From Gemmatimonadota bacterium (GTDB taxonomy: Bacteria; Gemmatimonadota; Gemmatimonadetes; Longimicrobiales; Gaopeijiaceae): a stretch of 54,974 nucleotides of DNA. Location of the stretch: positions 1 through 54,974 of the forward strand of contig JBDHHQ010000023.1 in NCBI GenBank assembly GCA_039589315.1. The letters run 5' to 3'. A program made the position numbers and the translations under genes. A model generated the notes under the pieces. That model saw nothing but the letters and a program-made list of their open reading frames with translations. It ran no database searches and was not told the origin of the DNA. Positions 8,865 through 18,636 of this stretch are shown in pieces; the stretch's first letter is position 1; every line of letters begins with the position of its first letter.

Positions 8865-9659
8865 TCATGGCTTCTCGGGAGTCGGGGCTGGAAGGACTGG
8901 GCTGTCACCCGCCCGACCGGAGGGGCGGGGTCGGTCCGCCTCGATACTCCGCCGGGGTGTGCCAGCCCGAGGCTCGGTCATCTGCCGCCGTGACGGCACC
9001 GGTGGGGGCGCAGGCGCGTCCTCGCCAACGTCGCGGACCGATACCGTCACGCCGCCCAGGCAGGACACACCGTTGATTCTCAGGACCGGAGCGTCCGGAT
9101 TGGACACGCCGACCGTGGGCTCACAGTCGAATCCACCGATCAGCCCGAGTCCGCCGAACTCCACCTGGAGGTCCAGGGGGACAATCACCTCCACGTCGCC
9201 CATGATGCAGAAGACCGTGAGCTCCGTCACACCCGAAGGCAGCGTCGCCTCGCGGAAGTCCATGACCGCACCACCCAGCATGTTCACGACCCAGACGTGG
9301 CGAGCGGGAGTCCACGGGCCGACCCGTCCCGATCCGTCCTGCAGGGCCAGAACCACCTTGTTGCCGCGCCCGATTCGCCGTAGGCCCTTTGCGGGGCGCA
9401 GCGGCTCAAGCGCCGGAACGCCCATGGCCGCGGCATCCGCTGCTCTCGAAAGCTGGCCGAAGAGCTGGGACGCTCGCACCTGTATGCCGCGGCGTGACGC
9501 GGCCACCTCGCCCAGGATTCCGGCGATCTCCTCGACCGTGGCAGCCGCGTTCACCTGATCGAGACGCCTCTCGAACTCCTCCAGGTCGAGGATGTCGTCG
9601 GCCAGGCGCTCCATGAGCATCTCGGTGGCCAGCTTTCGCGCTCGCTCCAACTCGGTCAC
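8865..9659 (-). CDS. DUF1707 (SHOCT-like) plus LiaF/DUF2154-like C-terminal domain protein
   Basis: LDLEEFERRLDQV N-terminal motif; LGGAVMDFREA, CIMGDVEVIVP, LRINGVSCLGGVTV; GGAGGA RBS before GTG. Confidence 0.75.
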   Translation of the reverse strand: MTELERARKLATEMLMERLADDILDLEEFERRLDQVNAAATVEEIAGILGEVAASRRGIQVRASQLFGQLSRAADAAAMGVPALEPLRPAKGLRRIGRGNKVVLALQDGSGRVGPWTPARHVWVVNMLGGAVMDFREATLPSGVTELTVFCIMGDVEVIVPLDLQVEFGGLGLIGGFDCEPTVGVSNPDAPVLRINGVSCLGGVTVSVRDVGEDAPAPPPVPSRRQMTEPRAGTPRRSIEADRPRPSGRAGDSPVLPAPTPEKP

Positions 9660-9872
9660 GCCCCCGTGCCCTCCTCCCACACTGGTCCCTTCACGTCCCA
9701 CGCCGACCCCATGAACACCGCATCTAGACCAGGCGAATACCCGTCCCGAAGTGAATGGCCACGTGCGGTTCGTCTACGCACTCGACCCGGTGGATCTTCA
9801 TTTGTCGTACCGTCCGTGCGCCGCTCGGCAGGTGCCAACAAGTGGTCCACCTGGCACCAGCGCGGGCGCCGG

Positions 9873-10583
9873 TCACCGGCTCCTTCCCTCGGCCAGATCC
9901 CGGAATCGCGCCGCCAGGCGCGGTCCGGCTCCCGCATCCTCGTGCTTGAAGAAGACGTACAGATCGCCCCAACCCTGACCGGTCAGGCGCCCTACCCACT
10001 CGTCGAGCTCGGCGGCGGCGTACTCTTCTCTCCGCAGACGAGCGTACCCGTACGGGGCCGTGCTGACCACGGGTGCTGGCTTCTCGTCTCCGGTATCGGC
10101 GGTCACGAGAGCAAACTCCTGGGCACGGAGGACCTCGTAGACGCTCTCGTCGAACCAACTCTCATGGCGAAACTCGAACGCGGCACGGAATCCGTCCGGA
10201 AACAGACGCGCGAACGACTCCAGCCGTTCCACGTCTCTCTTCAGGTACGGAGGAAGTTGGAAGAGCATGGGCCCGAGGCGAGAACCCAGCGAAGATGCCG
10301 TCTCGAGCAGGTAAGAGAGGGGATCCTCGGCCTCCTTCAGGCGCTTCTGATGTGTGATGCGGCGGGACGCCTTCAGGACGAACGAAAACTCCTCCGGCAC
10401 CTTCTCCGCCCAGCCGTCGAGCAGCTTCACGGAGGGCATCCGGTAGAAGGTGTTGTTGATCTCCACCGCGTTCAGCCTTTCGGCGTAGAACGACAGCATC
10501 TCCTTGTCCGGAAGATCTTCCGGGTAGAAGGGGCCCTTCCATTCCTTGTAGGAAAAGCCACTGGTGCCAACGTGAAGCGTCAT
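9873..10583 (-). CDS. DUF72 (YecE-like) protein
   Basis: GTSGFSYKEWKGPFYP, VEINNTFYR, LFQLPP, FEFRHESW, YVFFKHE. Confidence 0.93.
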   Translation of the reverse strand: MTLHVGTSGFSYKEWKGPFYPEDLPDKEMLSFYAERLNAVEINNTFYRMPSVKLLDGWAEKVPEEFSFVLKASRRITHQKRLKEAEDPLSYLLETASSLGSRLGPMLFQLPPYLKRDVERLESFARLFPDGFRAAFEFRHESWFDESVYEVLRAQEFALVTADTGDEKPAPVVSTAPYGYARLRREEYAAAELDEWVGRLTGQGWGDLYVFFKHEDAGAGPRLAARFRDLAEGRSR

Positions 10584-10589
10584 GTCGCC

Positions 10590-11063
10590 TCAGCGGTCGC
10601 GGCCTGGCGGGCGCGTGGCATGCGGGGCAGCCCGGGCCTCCCCCGCGGCCGGGCTCGGCGAGGTAGCGGCGCCGGAGCCCTCGTCCTGGATCAGCCTCCT
10701 CACCCGTCGGCCGATGTCGTCCCTGACGTCGCGAAACTCCTTTGGGGGCATATGTTTGGGATCTGGCAGATCCCAATCCAGGTTAAGACGAGTCGGCACC
10801 CACGGGCAGGCGTCTCCGCATCCCATGGTCACGACGGCATCGAAGGGTCCATGACCCTCGACCTCGGAGACGGCCTGAGAGCGATGGTCGCCCATGTCCA
10901 CGCCCAGCTCCGCCATAACGGCGATCGCCCGCGGATTGACGACGCCAGACGGCCTGGAGCCAGCGCTGTAGGCCTCGACGCCCTGGTCGGCATACATACG
11001 CGCGAATGCCTCGGCCATCTGGCTCCGGCACGAGTTTTCGACGCAAACGAAGAGGAGCTTCAT
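10590..11063 (-). CDS. arsC: Arsenate reductase / low-molecular-weight PTP family protein
   Basis: LFVCVENSCRSQMAE P-loop, SAGSRP, TMGCGDACP, WDLPDP. Confidence 0.85.
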   Translation of the reverse strand: MKLLFVCVENSCRSQMAEAFARMYADQGVEAYSAGSRPSGVVNPRAIAVMAELGVDMGDHRSQAVSEVEGHGPFDAVVTMGCGDACPWVPTRLNLDWDLPDPKHMPPKEFRDVRDDIGRRVRRLIQDEGSGAATSPSPAAGEARAAPHATRPPGRDR

Positions 11064-11109
11064 GGGTTCTCGGTCGTCGGCCCGGGTGTCGCCCCGGCAT
11101 GTTCCATTG

Positions 11110-11520
11110 TCACGACGTGGTGTGTACCGTCGGAGATTCATCCAGGTCCCTGCCGATCCCCTTCCCCACTGGCCCGAGGTGGGCCTGGGTGAAACCGGTC
11201 GTCTCCTTGAGGCCGTAGCCGAGCACGCGGTCCACGCCAATATGGGCGGTCCAGATGAGGGCCACCTGCAAGGTGGTGGCCGAGCCCGAAACAGCACCGA
11301 CGATGCCGATGGCGACTGGCACGGCATAGGTGTGCCCCAGGTTGTAGACCCTCGCGCCCATCCCAGGCCCCTCCAGGTACCCCAGCATGAACAGGTCGGG
11401 GGCGAGAATCAGGAGGGCGAAGAAGCCCCAGCCACCGTCCCCGCGCGCATAGAGCCAAACGGCGAGCAGGAGGACGGCGAAACCCTCGAGTCGGAGTAGA
11501 CGACGGTTCTCGCGCGTCAT
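11110..11520 (-). CDS. DUF4260 family membrane protein
   Basis: LLRLEG, LAPDLFMLGYL, YNLGH, AHIGVDRVLGYGLK, HLG. Confidence 0.88.
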   Translation of the reverse strand: MTRENRRLLRLEGFAVLLLAVWLYARGDGGWGFFALLILAPDLFMLGYLEGPGMGARVYNLGHTYAVPVAIGIVGAVSGSATTLQVALIWTAHIGVDRVLGYGLKETTGFTQAHLGPVGKGIGRDLDESPTVHTTS

Positions 11521-11567
11521 GTCGGAGCCTTTCGCTGCGGGTGGTGCTGAAGATGAAGGACGAGCGT

Positions 11568-12215
11568 TCAAGTCGGTAGGGGGGCGTCGGAGGCCGGGGC
11601 CCGGGCGTCGTCGATGACCCCCAGGGCCGACAGCCGCTGGAGAGTGGCCGCCACGAGATCCACCATTTCGGCCATCCGATCGTGCTGCGAGACCCGACCG
11701 TCCGTCTCGGCCACCACCACCCGCGCCTCGTCTCCGAGCCGCCGTCGTTCCCACCATCCGGGCTGGCCGAACCTGAGGCGCAACCGGTGGCCCGCCAGCA
11801 GAGGTTCGGCCACACCGGGGTCCGCGAGGAAGGAGCGCAGGCGATGGGGCCGATTGGCGCGTGCCACCAGCGCCTCGTCCAGCCGGGGGTTGCGGAGGGG
11901 GAGGCCGCCGAGGCCCAGAGCCGCGGCCAGCCTGGCCAGTTTCCCCTTCGGGTAGACCTTGAACCGGAGATCCCCGGGTCCGTAGGCCCGGGCCGAGCAG
12001 CGGGTCAGAGCCACCGGCGCGGACCCCGATTGCACGATCACGATGGCCAGCTGGATCTCCCAAACGCCGTGCCGGAACCAGATGCTCGTGGGGCGGCGGC
12101 CCTTTGCCTCTGCGTAGCGCCCGCCCAGGGCCTCGGCCGCGTCCATCCACGGGTCTCGGCGGGGGCGGCGGGGGCGGCGCCTCCTCCGGGGCTTCTCGCG
12201 GCGCTTCCTGGCCAA
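11568..12215 (-). CDS. Hypothetical protein
   Basis: ORF fits between co-oriented neighbours; protein-like composition; no recognised motif. Confidence 0.55.
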   Translation of the reverse strand: MARKRREKPRRRRRPRRPRRDPWMDAAEALGGRYAEAKGRRPTSIWFRHGVWEIQLAIVIVQSGSAPVALTRCSARAYGPGDLRFKVYPKGKLARLAAALGLGGLPLRNPRLDEALVARANRPHRLRSFLADPGVAEPLLAGHRLRLRFGQPGWWERRRLGDEARVVVAETDGRVSQHDRMAEMVDLVAATLQRLSALGVIDDARAPASDAPLPT

Positions 12216-12233
12216 TGCGACGACCGCCTCTCT

Positions 12234-13085
12234 TCAGCCGCAGCCGAGCTCGGCGAGCCGAGCCCAGTCGATTCGGCCGGCCGCTTCGTCGCCGTCGGGC
12301 AGCGATCTGCGCCATTCGTCCGCCACGTCGGCAAACGACCGCCCGTACAGCGTCTCGAAGCGTCCCAAGCCGTGCCGCCACAGGGCTGCGACCCGCTCCC
12401 TCCCGTATTCACGGAGAAGGTAGCCCACCAAACTACCGCTCAGCACGGTGGCGTCGAGGGTCGGCTGCACCCCGAAAGCCTCCACCAACACCGCGGGCTC
12501 GATCCACCGGTCAACCGTCGGAAGCGCCGCCGCCAGATCGTCCAGCGCATAGCCATGGCACGCGCCCTCGGCGTGCTGTGCCAGGCCTTCGTTGATCCAA
12601 TGAGCGGGCGGCGCCGCTGCACCCCAGAAGTGGCCCGCCATCACGTGCATCAGCTCGTGCCGGTGGTGTGCGGTCACCTGCCCGTTGTACACGAACACCG
12701 CGAACCCGGCCGATGGCACCGCGAGCGCCTTGGGCCGCGCCCCCGTCAGGGACTCCATGCGGTCCTGCGTGGCCACGTAGAAGAGGTCGAGGACCGGTGC
12801 ATCCTCTTGTGCCAGCAGGTCCAGCACGTGCGCTCGCGCCGCCCCGGCCTGGCGGGCGAGAAGGTCCACCGCGAGCTCGGCCGGAGACCCCCGCTCGACG
12901 TGGAAGCGGAAGTGAGGGGACGTCACCGTCACCCACCGGATCCCGGACTCGCCCAGCATGGCTCGTGGGGACCGGAGCGCCGCGCTCTGAGCTGCCGCGG
13001 GAGAAGTCCCGCCCGAGGCCAGGAGCGCCGCCAGCGCCGAGATGGCCACACCCCGTCCGACCGCCCGACGGCCCTGGCGTCTCAC
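12234..13085 (-). CDS. Secreted gluzincin metallopeptidase (peptidase MA-like)
   Basis: Signal peptide; HELMH zinc motif followed by WINEGLA. Confidence 0.8.
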   Translation of the reverse strand: MRRQGRRAVGRGVAISALAALLASGGTSPAAAQSAALRSPRAMLGESGIRWVTVTSPHFRFHVERGSPAELAVDLLARQAGAARAHVLDLLAQEDAPVLDLFYVATQDRMESLTGARPKALAVPSAGFAVFVYNGQVTAHHRHELMHVMAGHFWGAAAPPAHWINEGLAQHAEGACHGYALDDLAAALPTVDRWIEPAVLVEAFGVQPTLDATVLSGSLVGYLLREYGRERVAALWRHGLGRFETLYGRSFADVADEWRRSLPDGDEAAGRIDWARLAELGCG

Positions 13086-14080
13086 TCGCCCGTGGTCCCT
13101 CCTGCCCGCTCCGCCTCGGCCCGCAGCGCGATCTCCTGGACGACGGGTCTGGGCGTGCGATCGACCTGTAGGTCGAAGATGTCCGGCCTACCGTAGTGCC
13201 CGGCCACGTCGAGCTGGAAGCGCGGGCCCTTCATACGGGCCGGGTCGACCTCCGCGAACAGAATGCTCTCTTCGTTGCTGACCGGTCCGGCCAGAAGCTT
13301 CCCGTCCGGGTCCACGATCACGCTGTCTCCCGGATTCACCCACTCGCCCACGCCGCCCATGAACCGCTCCTTGAAGTCGTAACGATCCGGAACATCGCTC
13401 TTTCGGACCGCGGAGCAGCAGCCCACGACGTAGACGCGCCCCTCCTTGGCGATGTGGCGCAGGGTCGAGAGCCAGGGCTCACCCCTGTCCCACGTCGGTG
13501 CGGCCCAGATCTGCGCCCCGTCGGCGTACAGGGCGAACCGGGCCAGCGGCATGTAGTTCTCCCAGCAGATGAGCCCCGCCAGGCGTCCTGCGTCGGTCTC
13601 GAGCGTGTGCAGTGTGCTCCCGTCGCCGCGACCGTGGCACAACCGCTCTCCGGCGGTGGGAACCAGCTTCCGGTGGCGGCCCAGGATCCGCCCGTCGGAC
13701 GAGATGATCAGCAAGGTGTTGAACAGCGTGCCCCCGCTGGCCTCGTCGTTCCGTTCGTTCACCCCGATCGCCACGTTGACGCCGGCTGCGCGAGCAGCGT
13801 CGCAGAGGCGGTCCGTGACCGGGCCTGGGACCGTCACCGCCCCATCCAACAGATCGGTGTAGAGCTCGCGCAGAGCGGCGGTCTGACCGGCGGGAATGAA
13901 CCAGACCCAGAACGGATAGGTGGGGATGAACGCCTCTGGGAATACCGCCAGCTTGGCGCCCTCCGCGCCGACCTGGGCGATGAGCTCGCACGCCTTGTCC
14001 ACCGTGGCGGCACGGTCGAGGAAGACAGGAGCCGCCTGGACAGCGGCGATCCGGAACGGCCCTCGCGAGAGCCTCGCCAT
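13082..14080 (-). CDS. Nitrilase / carbon-nitrogen hydrolase
   Basis: AAVQAAPVFLD, FPEAFIPTYP, HRKLVPT, LICWENYMPLAR (Glu-Lys-Cys triad), DVAGHYGRPD. Confidence 0.95.
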   Translation of the reverse strand: MARLSRGPFRIAAVQAAPVFLDRAATVDKACELIAQVGAEGAKLAVFPEAFIPTYPFWVWFIPAGQTAALRELYTDLLDGAVTVPGPVTDRLCDAARAAGVNVAIGVNERNDEASGGTLFNTLLIISSDGRILGRHRKLVPTAGERLCHGRGDGSTLHTLETDAGRLAGLICWENYMPLARFALYADGAQIWAAPTWDRGEPWLSTLRHIAKEGRVYVVGCCSAVRKSDVPDRYDFKERFMGGVGEWVNPGDSVIVDPDGKLLAGPVSNEESILFAEVDPARMKGPRFQLDVAGHYGRPDIFDLQVDRTPRPVVQEIALRAEAERAGGTTGE

Positions 14081-14085
14081 TCTTC

Positions 14086-14589
14086 TCAGAGCTCCTCTCC
14101 ACTCAACTGGCGCAGGGACTCCACGAGATCCGCAGCCATGGACCATCCCTCGGGCGGGGTCATCCACCACTTGAGGCGCGCCTCCGCAGGTCCGGCGGAA
14201 ATCGTGATCTCCACGGTGGAGCCGTCTCCCGCGCGGGACCGCCCCCCCAGCGGAATCAGACGGATTGCCGACGCCGTCTCGCGAATGCGCTGCACCTCCT
14301 CGGTAGTCAGGTCGACCTTCCACGCCCTGGACGGCGTGTTTTCGTCTCCGCCTCCGCCCTCCGGAGGGGGTTCGAAGCAACGGAGGGACACGTCGCCCGC
14401 CGCCTCGCCGTCGGGAAGATCCACCTCCAGGAGCCGCGCCATGCGGCCCGGGGTATGCAGGAAGAGGCGGATCTTGGTCCCCTTCACTGGAGGGGTGGAA
14501 GGACGGCGCTCCTTGACCTCCTTCGGTGTGCCGGAGGGCTCTGGTGCCGACCCCGGCACGGTTTCGGGCTTCTTGCGCCAGAATCTCAC
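14086..14589 (-). CDS. Hypothetical protein
   Basis: Overlaps the upstream MOSC gene by 4 bp and ends 5 bp before the nitrilase. Confidence 0.6.
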   Translation of the reverse strand: MRFWRKKPETVPGSAPEPSGTPKEVKERRPSTPPVKGTKIRLFLHTPGRMARLLEVDLPDGEAAGDVSLRCFEPPPEGGGGDENTPSRAWKVDLTTEEVQRIRETASAIRLIPLGGRSRAGDGSTVEITISAGPAEARLKWWMTPPEGWSMAADLVESLRQLSGEEL

Positions 14590-15053
14590 GTTCCGGCCTC
14601 CACCCAGCTCGCCCGGTCACCCACGGATAGCACTCCTCCCGTCACGACCACGCCAAAGGCACCTCCACGCCAGTCGGGATCGAGGGCGTCCCTGAGGCCC
14701 ACATGCGCCGCGTCCATGCGCGTGCAGGGCCTGGTCTCACCCTTGACGAGGACGGTGCACGGGCCCAGCCCGATCACCCGATCCCGGCTTTGCCGAAGGT
14801 CGACGCCACTGACCATGACGTTGGCCCGGCGGCTCGACGGCGCCACGGTGGCCCCCAGGCTGGCTTCGGCTGCCTCCCAGGCCTCCTTGGAGATGAGCGT
14901 GACTTGTCTCCAGCCACCTTGGTTCGCGTTTCCCTCGATCCCCCGGCCGGCTACGAGCGAGGCTCGCTCCACAGCGTCCATGGGCCCGCGCGTGGCCCGC
15001 TTGACCCAGATCGCGTCGATCCTCCCGTCGTCACTCTGGTCCATTCCACTCAC
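14586..15053 (-). CDS. MOSC domain protein
   Basis: GRGIEG, RQVTLI, RRANVMVSGVDL, ETRPCTRMD, RGGAFGVVVTGG. Confidence 0.9.
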   Translation of the reverse strand: MSGMDQSDDGRIDAIWVKRATRGPMDAVERASLVAGRGIEGNANQGGWRQVTLISKEAWEAAEASLGATVAPSSRRANVMVSGVDLRQSRDRVIGLGPCTVLVKGETRPCTRMDAAHVGLRDALDPDWRGGAFGVVVTGGVLSVGDRASWVEAGT

Positions 15054-15066
15054 TTTCTCGTCGAGT

Positions 15067-15792
15067 CTATCTTCCCGGGTTCTTCAAGCCCGTCGCGAGC
15101 TTCGCGCGGACCTCCCTCGTCACGGGCGAGCGCACCTCGTCTGCGTGCCGCTCGAGGAAGTCAGCCACCGCCGCGGCGTCGTGCCGGATCACCGTGCGCA
15201 GAGCCCATGAGAGCGCCTTCGCCACCATCGGGTCCGTGTCTGCCGCCAGCATCTCACACGCCATCATGGTCCGGGGCACGTCTCCGCTGCCCCCGGCAGC
15301 GGGCAGGTTGAGGGCCACGGTGGCCACCAACGCCGTGCGGCGCCACCAGCGTTCCTTCGAGCGCGCCCAGCGCTTGACCGTGGTGTCCGTCACTCGACCC
15401 GAGCGCCATGCCGGGCCCGCGACCAGCGTGGCGAAGGCGTCGACCGAGGCCCAGTTGTCGTTTCCCCGGCCGAGCCGCTCCACGTCGCGCACGCCGAGGC
15501 TGGCGAGCACGTCCTTCCGCCGGCCCAGCAGCTCGTACGCGGCCTGCCGGCTCTCGTGGACGTTCGCGGCGATGAGGGCTTCCGCCACCGCCAAAACCGT
15601 TCCGGCGGGCTCGCGCTTCAGCGTCGCGGCTTCCGACCGTAGGACGCGACGGATGTCGGGCACGGCCGTCCCGAGGATCGCCATGGACGTGGGAAAGTAG
15701 CCCGCGTTGTGCTCCGCGCGAGCCGGGTTCGCTCCGGCCTGGAGTCCGGCCAGGACGCGGTCACATGCAGCCTCGATCTCGCTAGCGTGCAC
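15067..15792 (-). CDS. DNA alkylation repair protein (AlkD-like HEAT-repeat family)
   Basis: LGTAVPDIR, DNWASVD, W..S..RWWRRTALV, MVAKALSWALR, REV..KL.TG. Confidence 0.85.
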   Translation of the reverse strand: MHASEIEAACDRVLAGLQAGANPARAEHNAGYFPTSMAILGTAVPDIRRVLRSEAATLKREPAGTVLAVAEALIAANVHESRQAAYELLGRRKDVLASLGVRDVERLGRGNDNWASVDAFATLVAGPAWRSGRVTDTTVKRWARSKERWWRRTALVATVALNLPAAGGSGDVPRTMMACEMLAADTDPMVAKALSWALRTVIRHDAAAVADFLERHADEVRSPVTREVRAKLATGLKNPGR

Positions 15793-15828
15793 GCAGAGCT
15801 CCGGGTAGCGCGGCCGGACCGATTCCGC

Positions 15829-16383
15829 TCAACCGCCGGCCCTGCCCTGATGCGCGGTGCCGTACCCCCTGAGCTGGCCGTAGCGGTGTACCTGGTGCTC
15901 CGTCAGGTGCTCCATCAACTCGAGATGTGCGCGCAGGTGCGTGCCACGGAGACGGGCGCGCACCTGGCCGATCCGGGAAAGCAGGTCACCCAAGGACTGC
16001 GGGTCCACCGTACCGGATCGGAACGCCAGGTCGAGCTCCGACTCCAGCGCGATCAGCTGCGATCCCTGTTCCCGGGCATCGGCTTGCATGCTCTCGAAGA
16101 TCCGTTGGGTCGCGGATTCCTGCGCTGCGGTGAGCTCCAACTCGTGCCGCAGCTCCAGAACATGGCGAGGGCCCGGGTAGCCGTTGAGCTCGGCCGCCAG
16201 CGCGAACCCCATCCCTTGACCTGCCTCCAGCGCCGCGACCTCGTCGGGCGACAGCGCCTTGAGGTCTCGGGACTCGAGCCCCGCGTACGGCTGATCGTGG
16301 GCGTGATCCTCCTGTGCGACCGCGACGCTCGCCGGTATGATCGTAAGGCATAAAGCTGAAAACAGCAGTGACTTATGTTTCAT
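15829..16383 (-). CDS. Periplasmic Spy/CpxP-like or heavy-metal-sensor helical protein
   Basis: Signal peptide; PYAGLESRDLKALS, GMGFALAAELNGYPGPRHVLEL, HLRAHL, LTEHQ. Confidence 0.75.
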   Translation of the reverse strand: MKHKSLLFSALCLTIIPASVAVAQEDHAHDQPYAGLESRDLKALSPDEVAALEAGQGMGFALAAELNGYPGPRHVLELRHELELTAAQESATQRIFESMQADAREQGSQLIALESELDLAFRSGTVDPQSLGDLLSRIGQVRARLRGTHLRAHLELMEHLTEHQVHRYGQLRGYGTAHQGRAGG

Positions 16384-16397
16384 GTTCTAAATCACCT

Positions 16398-16409
16398 TCT
16401 AAGATTAGA
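16398..16409. promoter_or_regulatory. AT-rich palindrome, candidate operator just upstream of the Spy/CpxP-like gene
   Basis: TCTAA-GA-TTAGA in an AT-rich island; an extra TTCTAA half-site at 16385-16390. Confidence 0.4.
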
Positions 16410-16447
16410 TGCAAGCATGTGACGTCGGATGGAGGGCTGAGTCGCCG

Positions 16448-16963
16448 CTAGGCCTCTCCGGACTCATCATCGTCTCCGCTTTGCCGCTTCTGCTGCATCG
16501 CTTCCACCTTCTCCTTGCCGAGCTCCACGGTCTGCCGCACCGCTTGCTCGACCTGGCCGATCAGGTTGTTGGCCCCGGCCAGGCTTTCTCCGAAGAGGCC
16601 GTCTCTCCCGGCATCGACCCTCTTGGTCGCATCGTAGAGATTCAACCAGAGGTCGAACCTCTCCCCCGCTCGCATCACCGCGTAGAAGTTCTGCCCGGTG
16701 CGGGCGCTCGACCGTGGCAGGATGTCCAGCAGAAAGGCCCCGAGCGCGACGGGCATCAGGACCAGGTCCTTCACGCCATCCAGGAAGAGCTTCACCTGGA
16801 AGATGACCAGGTCTCGGAGCATCACGCCCTTCTGGTTCAGGATCACGGGCACCCCTACCTCGGCGGCTTCCATGGACCAGCCGCACTCGGGGCAGGCAGT
16901 AGCCTCCTCCTCTCGAATTCCATGCCCACAGCGGGGGCATGTCACCGTCAGTTCGTCACTCAT
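16448..16963 (-). CDS. Hypothetical protein with N-terminal zinc ribbon and a hydrophobic segment
   Basis: CPRCG...CPECG; GAGGTG RBS. Confidence 0.7.
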   Translation of the reverse strand: MSDELTVTCPRCGHGIREEEATACPECGWSMEAAEVGVPVILNQKGVMLRDLVIFQVKLFLDGVKDLVLMPVALGAFLLDILPRSSARTGQNFYAVMRAGERFDLWLNLYDATKRVDAGRDGLFGESLAGANNLIGQVEQAVRQTVELGKEKVEAMQQKRQSGDDDESGEA

Positions 16964-16986
16964 TCTGTCCACCTCTCGTCGTACGG

Positions 16987-18324
16987 CTACGCCCGGGCGT
17001 CCACCGGACGATCCGCACCGGGCCAGTCGCGGCCCCCTCGGTTCGCCTTCTCGATCAATCGGGCAATCTCACCCGCTTCCAGAGCGATCTCCCTGAGCAT
17101 ACCGGTGGGAGCGACGTAGAATCCGCAGTAGTAGAGGCCCGCGTCGGAGCCCCGGACTCCATTGCGTACTGGAGACCCGTCAGGTTCCAAGGCTCCGGGC
17201 ACGTGTCCAAGGAGCGGCCTCAAGTCCGGACGGTACCCGGTGGCAAGGACGATCACATCGTACGCCTCCCGCAGCCCGTCCTCGAACACGACCTTACCCC
17301 GGTCAAACTCCAGGATCCCCGGGCGGACTTCAAGCTCCCCGGACCTGAGACGCTCGATGGTCCCGATGTCGATGAGGGGAATCCGCCTGCGGTTGGCGAT
17401 CTGTTGGAACGGCCCGTCGGCGGCTCGCCGAAGCCCCAGACGGTGCAGGTCGGAGTAGAGCAGCCGCCCCACGGGGGCCGTGAGGGCGTCGGCGACCCGG
17501 GGCGGGAGCCGTGAAAGCGCAATGGAGATCGTGAGAATCGGCAGTCCCAGCAGTTCTCGGGGGACCACGTTCACGGGACTCCGGACGCAGACCGACACCT
17601 GGGCCGCGTGCTCCAGCAAGTCGAGGGCGATCTCCCCTCCGGAGTTTCCGAAGCCCACCACCAACACCCGGGCTCCAGCGAAAGGAGCCCCGGAGCGGTA
17701 CTCCGAGCTGTGAAGGCAGGTGCCTCCGAAACCGTCGAGACCGGGCCAGGACGGCCTGACGGGCCGTTGCGTATACCCGGTGGCGACGACCACCCGCGGG
17801 GTCCGGATGCGCGCTTCGCCGGTGTCGACGGACCAGCCATCAGCCCTGCGGTCCAGCCGTCGGACCTCGACGCCGAAGCGCGGCTCCAGGCCGAAATGGG
17901 TTGCGTAGGCCTCGAGGTACTCCACGACCTGGTCCCGTGACGGATAGCGCGGATAGGAGCGCGGCATGGGCAGGTGGGGAAGGCCGGAATTCCGCCGATC
18001 GGTATGGAGGTGGAGACGGTCGTAATGGTTCCGCCAGGCAGATCCGAGCTGCGCGGTCCGCTCCAGGATCGTGACGGGCATACCTGCGCGTCGAAGGCAA
18101 CCTCCAACCGCCAGGCCGGCTGCCCCCGCCCCGATCACCACGGTCTGCAGGTTCTGCCCGTCGCGAGCGAGCTGTCGATGGCCATTGGCCTCGGAGGCTT
18201 CGGCGACCGCAGAATCCTGGGTCGCCCCGCTGTCGTCGGCCACCGCGAGATCGCTCTCGGCATCGGGCGCGACGTCACGTGGCTGATGTGCCTTGTCCGG
18301 CAACGGCATCCTCCTGACGCGCAC
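16987..18324 (-). CDS. Flavin-containing monooxygenase (class B, YUCCA/TrkA-like)
   Basis: GAGAAG FAD motif, WRNHYDRLHLHT, LHSSEY, VGFGNSGGEIALDL NADPH motif, ATGY; true start probably downstream of 18324. Confidence 0.92.
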   Translation of the reverse strand: MRVRRMPLPDKAHQPRDVAPDAESDLAVADDSGATQDSAVAEASEANGHRQLARDGQNLQTVVIGAGAAGLAVGGCLRRAGMPVTILERTAQLGSAWRNHYDRLHLHTDRRNSGLPHLPMPRSYPRYPSRDQVVEYLEAYATHFGLEPRFGVEVRRLDRRADGWSVDTGEARIRTPRVVVATGYTQRPVRPSWPGLDGFGGTCLHSSEYRSGAPFAGARVLVVGFGNSGGEIALDLLEHAAQVSVCVRSPVNVVPRELLGLPILTISIALSRLPPRVADALTAPVGRLLYSDLHRLGLRRAADGPFQQIANRRRIPLIDIGTIERLRSGELEVRPGILEFDRGKVVFEDGLREAYDVIVLATGYRPDLRPLLGHVPGALEPDGSPVRNGVRGSDAGLYYCGFYVAPTGMLREIALEAGEIARLIEKANRGGRDWPGADRPVDARA

Positions 18325-18636
18325 CTGGGAGTCTCGGGCTGCCCCCCACCAGCCCGGCCTCGGCCGAACTTAACGTTTCCCCCGCCCTGGAGTCAGGGCG
18401 GATAACGGCGGTGAGCCGCCGATGAAACTGACAGGAGCGATTGCGATCGAGGACGTCCGCGACCGGACGGAGGACCGGCGTTACCTGCCGGAGCCGACGA
18501 GCTGACGCACGGCGTCGGGGCGAGCCTCAGCCTCCGAAACGGGCGCGGGCGGCCTGCGCGTAGGCGTCCGTCTGGCCGCGAGGGATGCTCAACGTGTCCC
18601 AGGCCGACTGCAGAATCGATGGGTGGTCTGCGCGAG

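Noticed and set aside
8237..11063. ars operon (arsC plus ArsN-like GNAT)
   Set aside because: No arsR, arsB or acr3; the two genes are separated by unrelated DUF72 and DUF1707 genes
13082..14620. Apparent long N-terminal extensions or fusions in the ORF track (nitrilase, DUF4260, ArsC, DUF2911, NFACT-R, LytTR)
   Set aside because: The extensions overlap neighbouring real genes; family motifs begin at internal starts
18422..18505. 27-aa ORF MKLTGAIAIEDVRDRTEDRRYLPEPTS in an intergenic gap
   Set aside because: Short, no clear RBS or motif; cannot be supported
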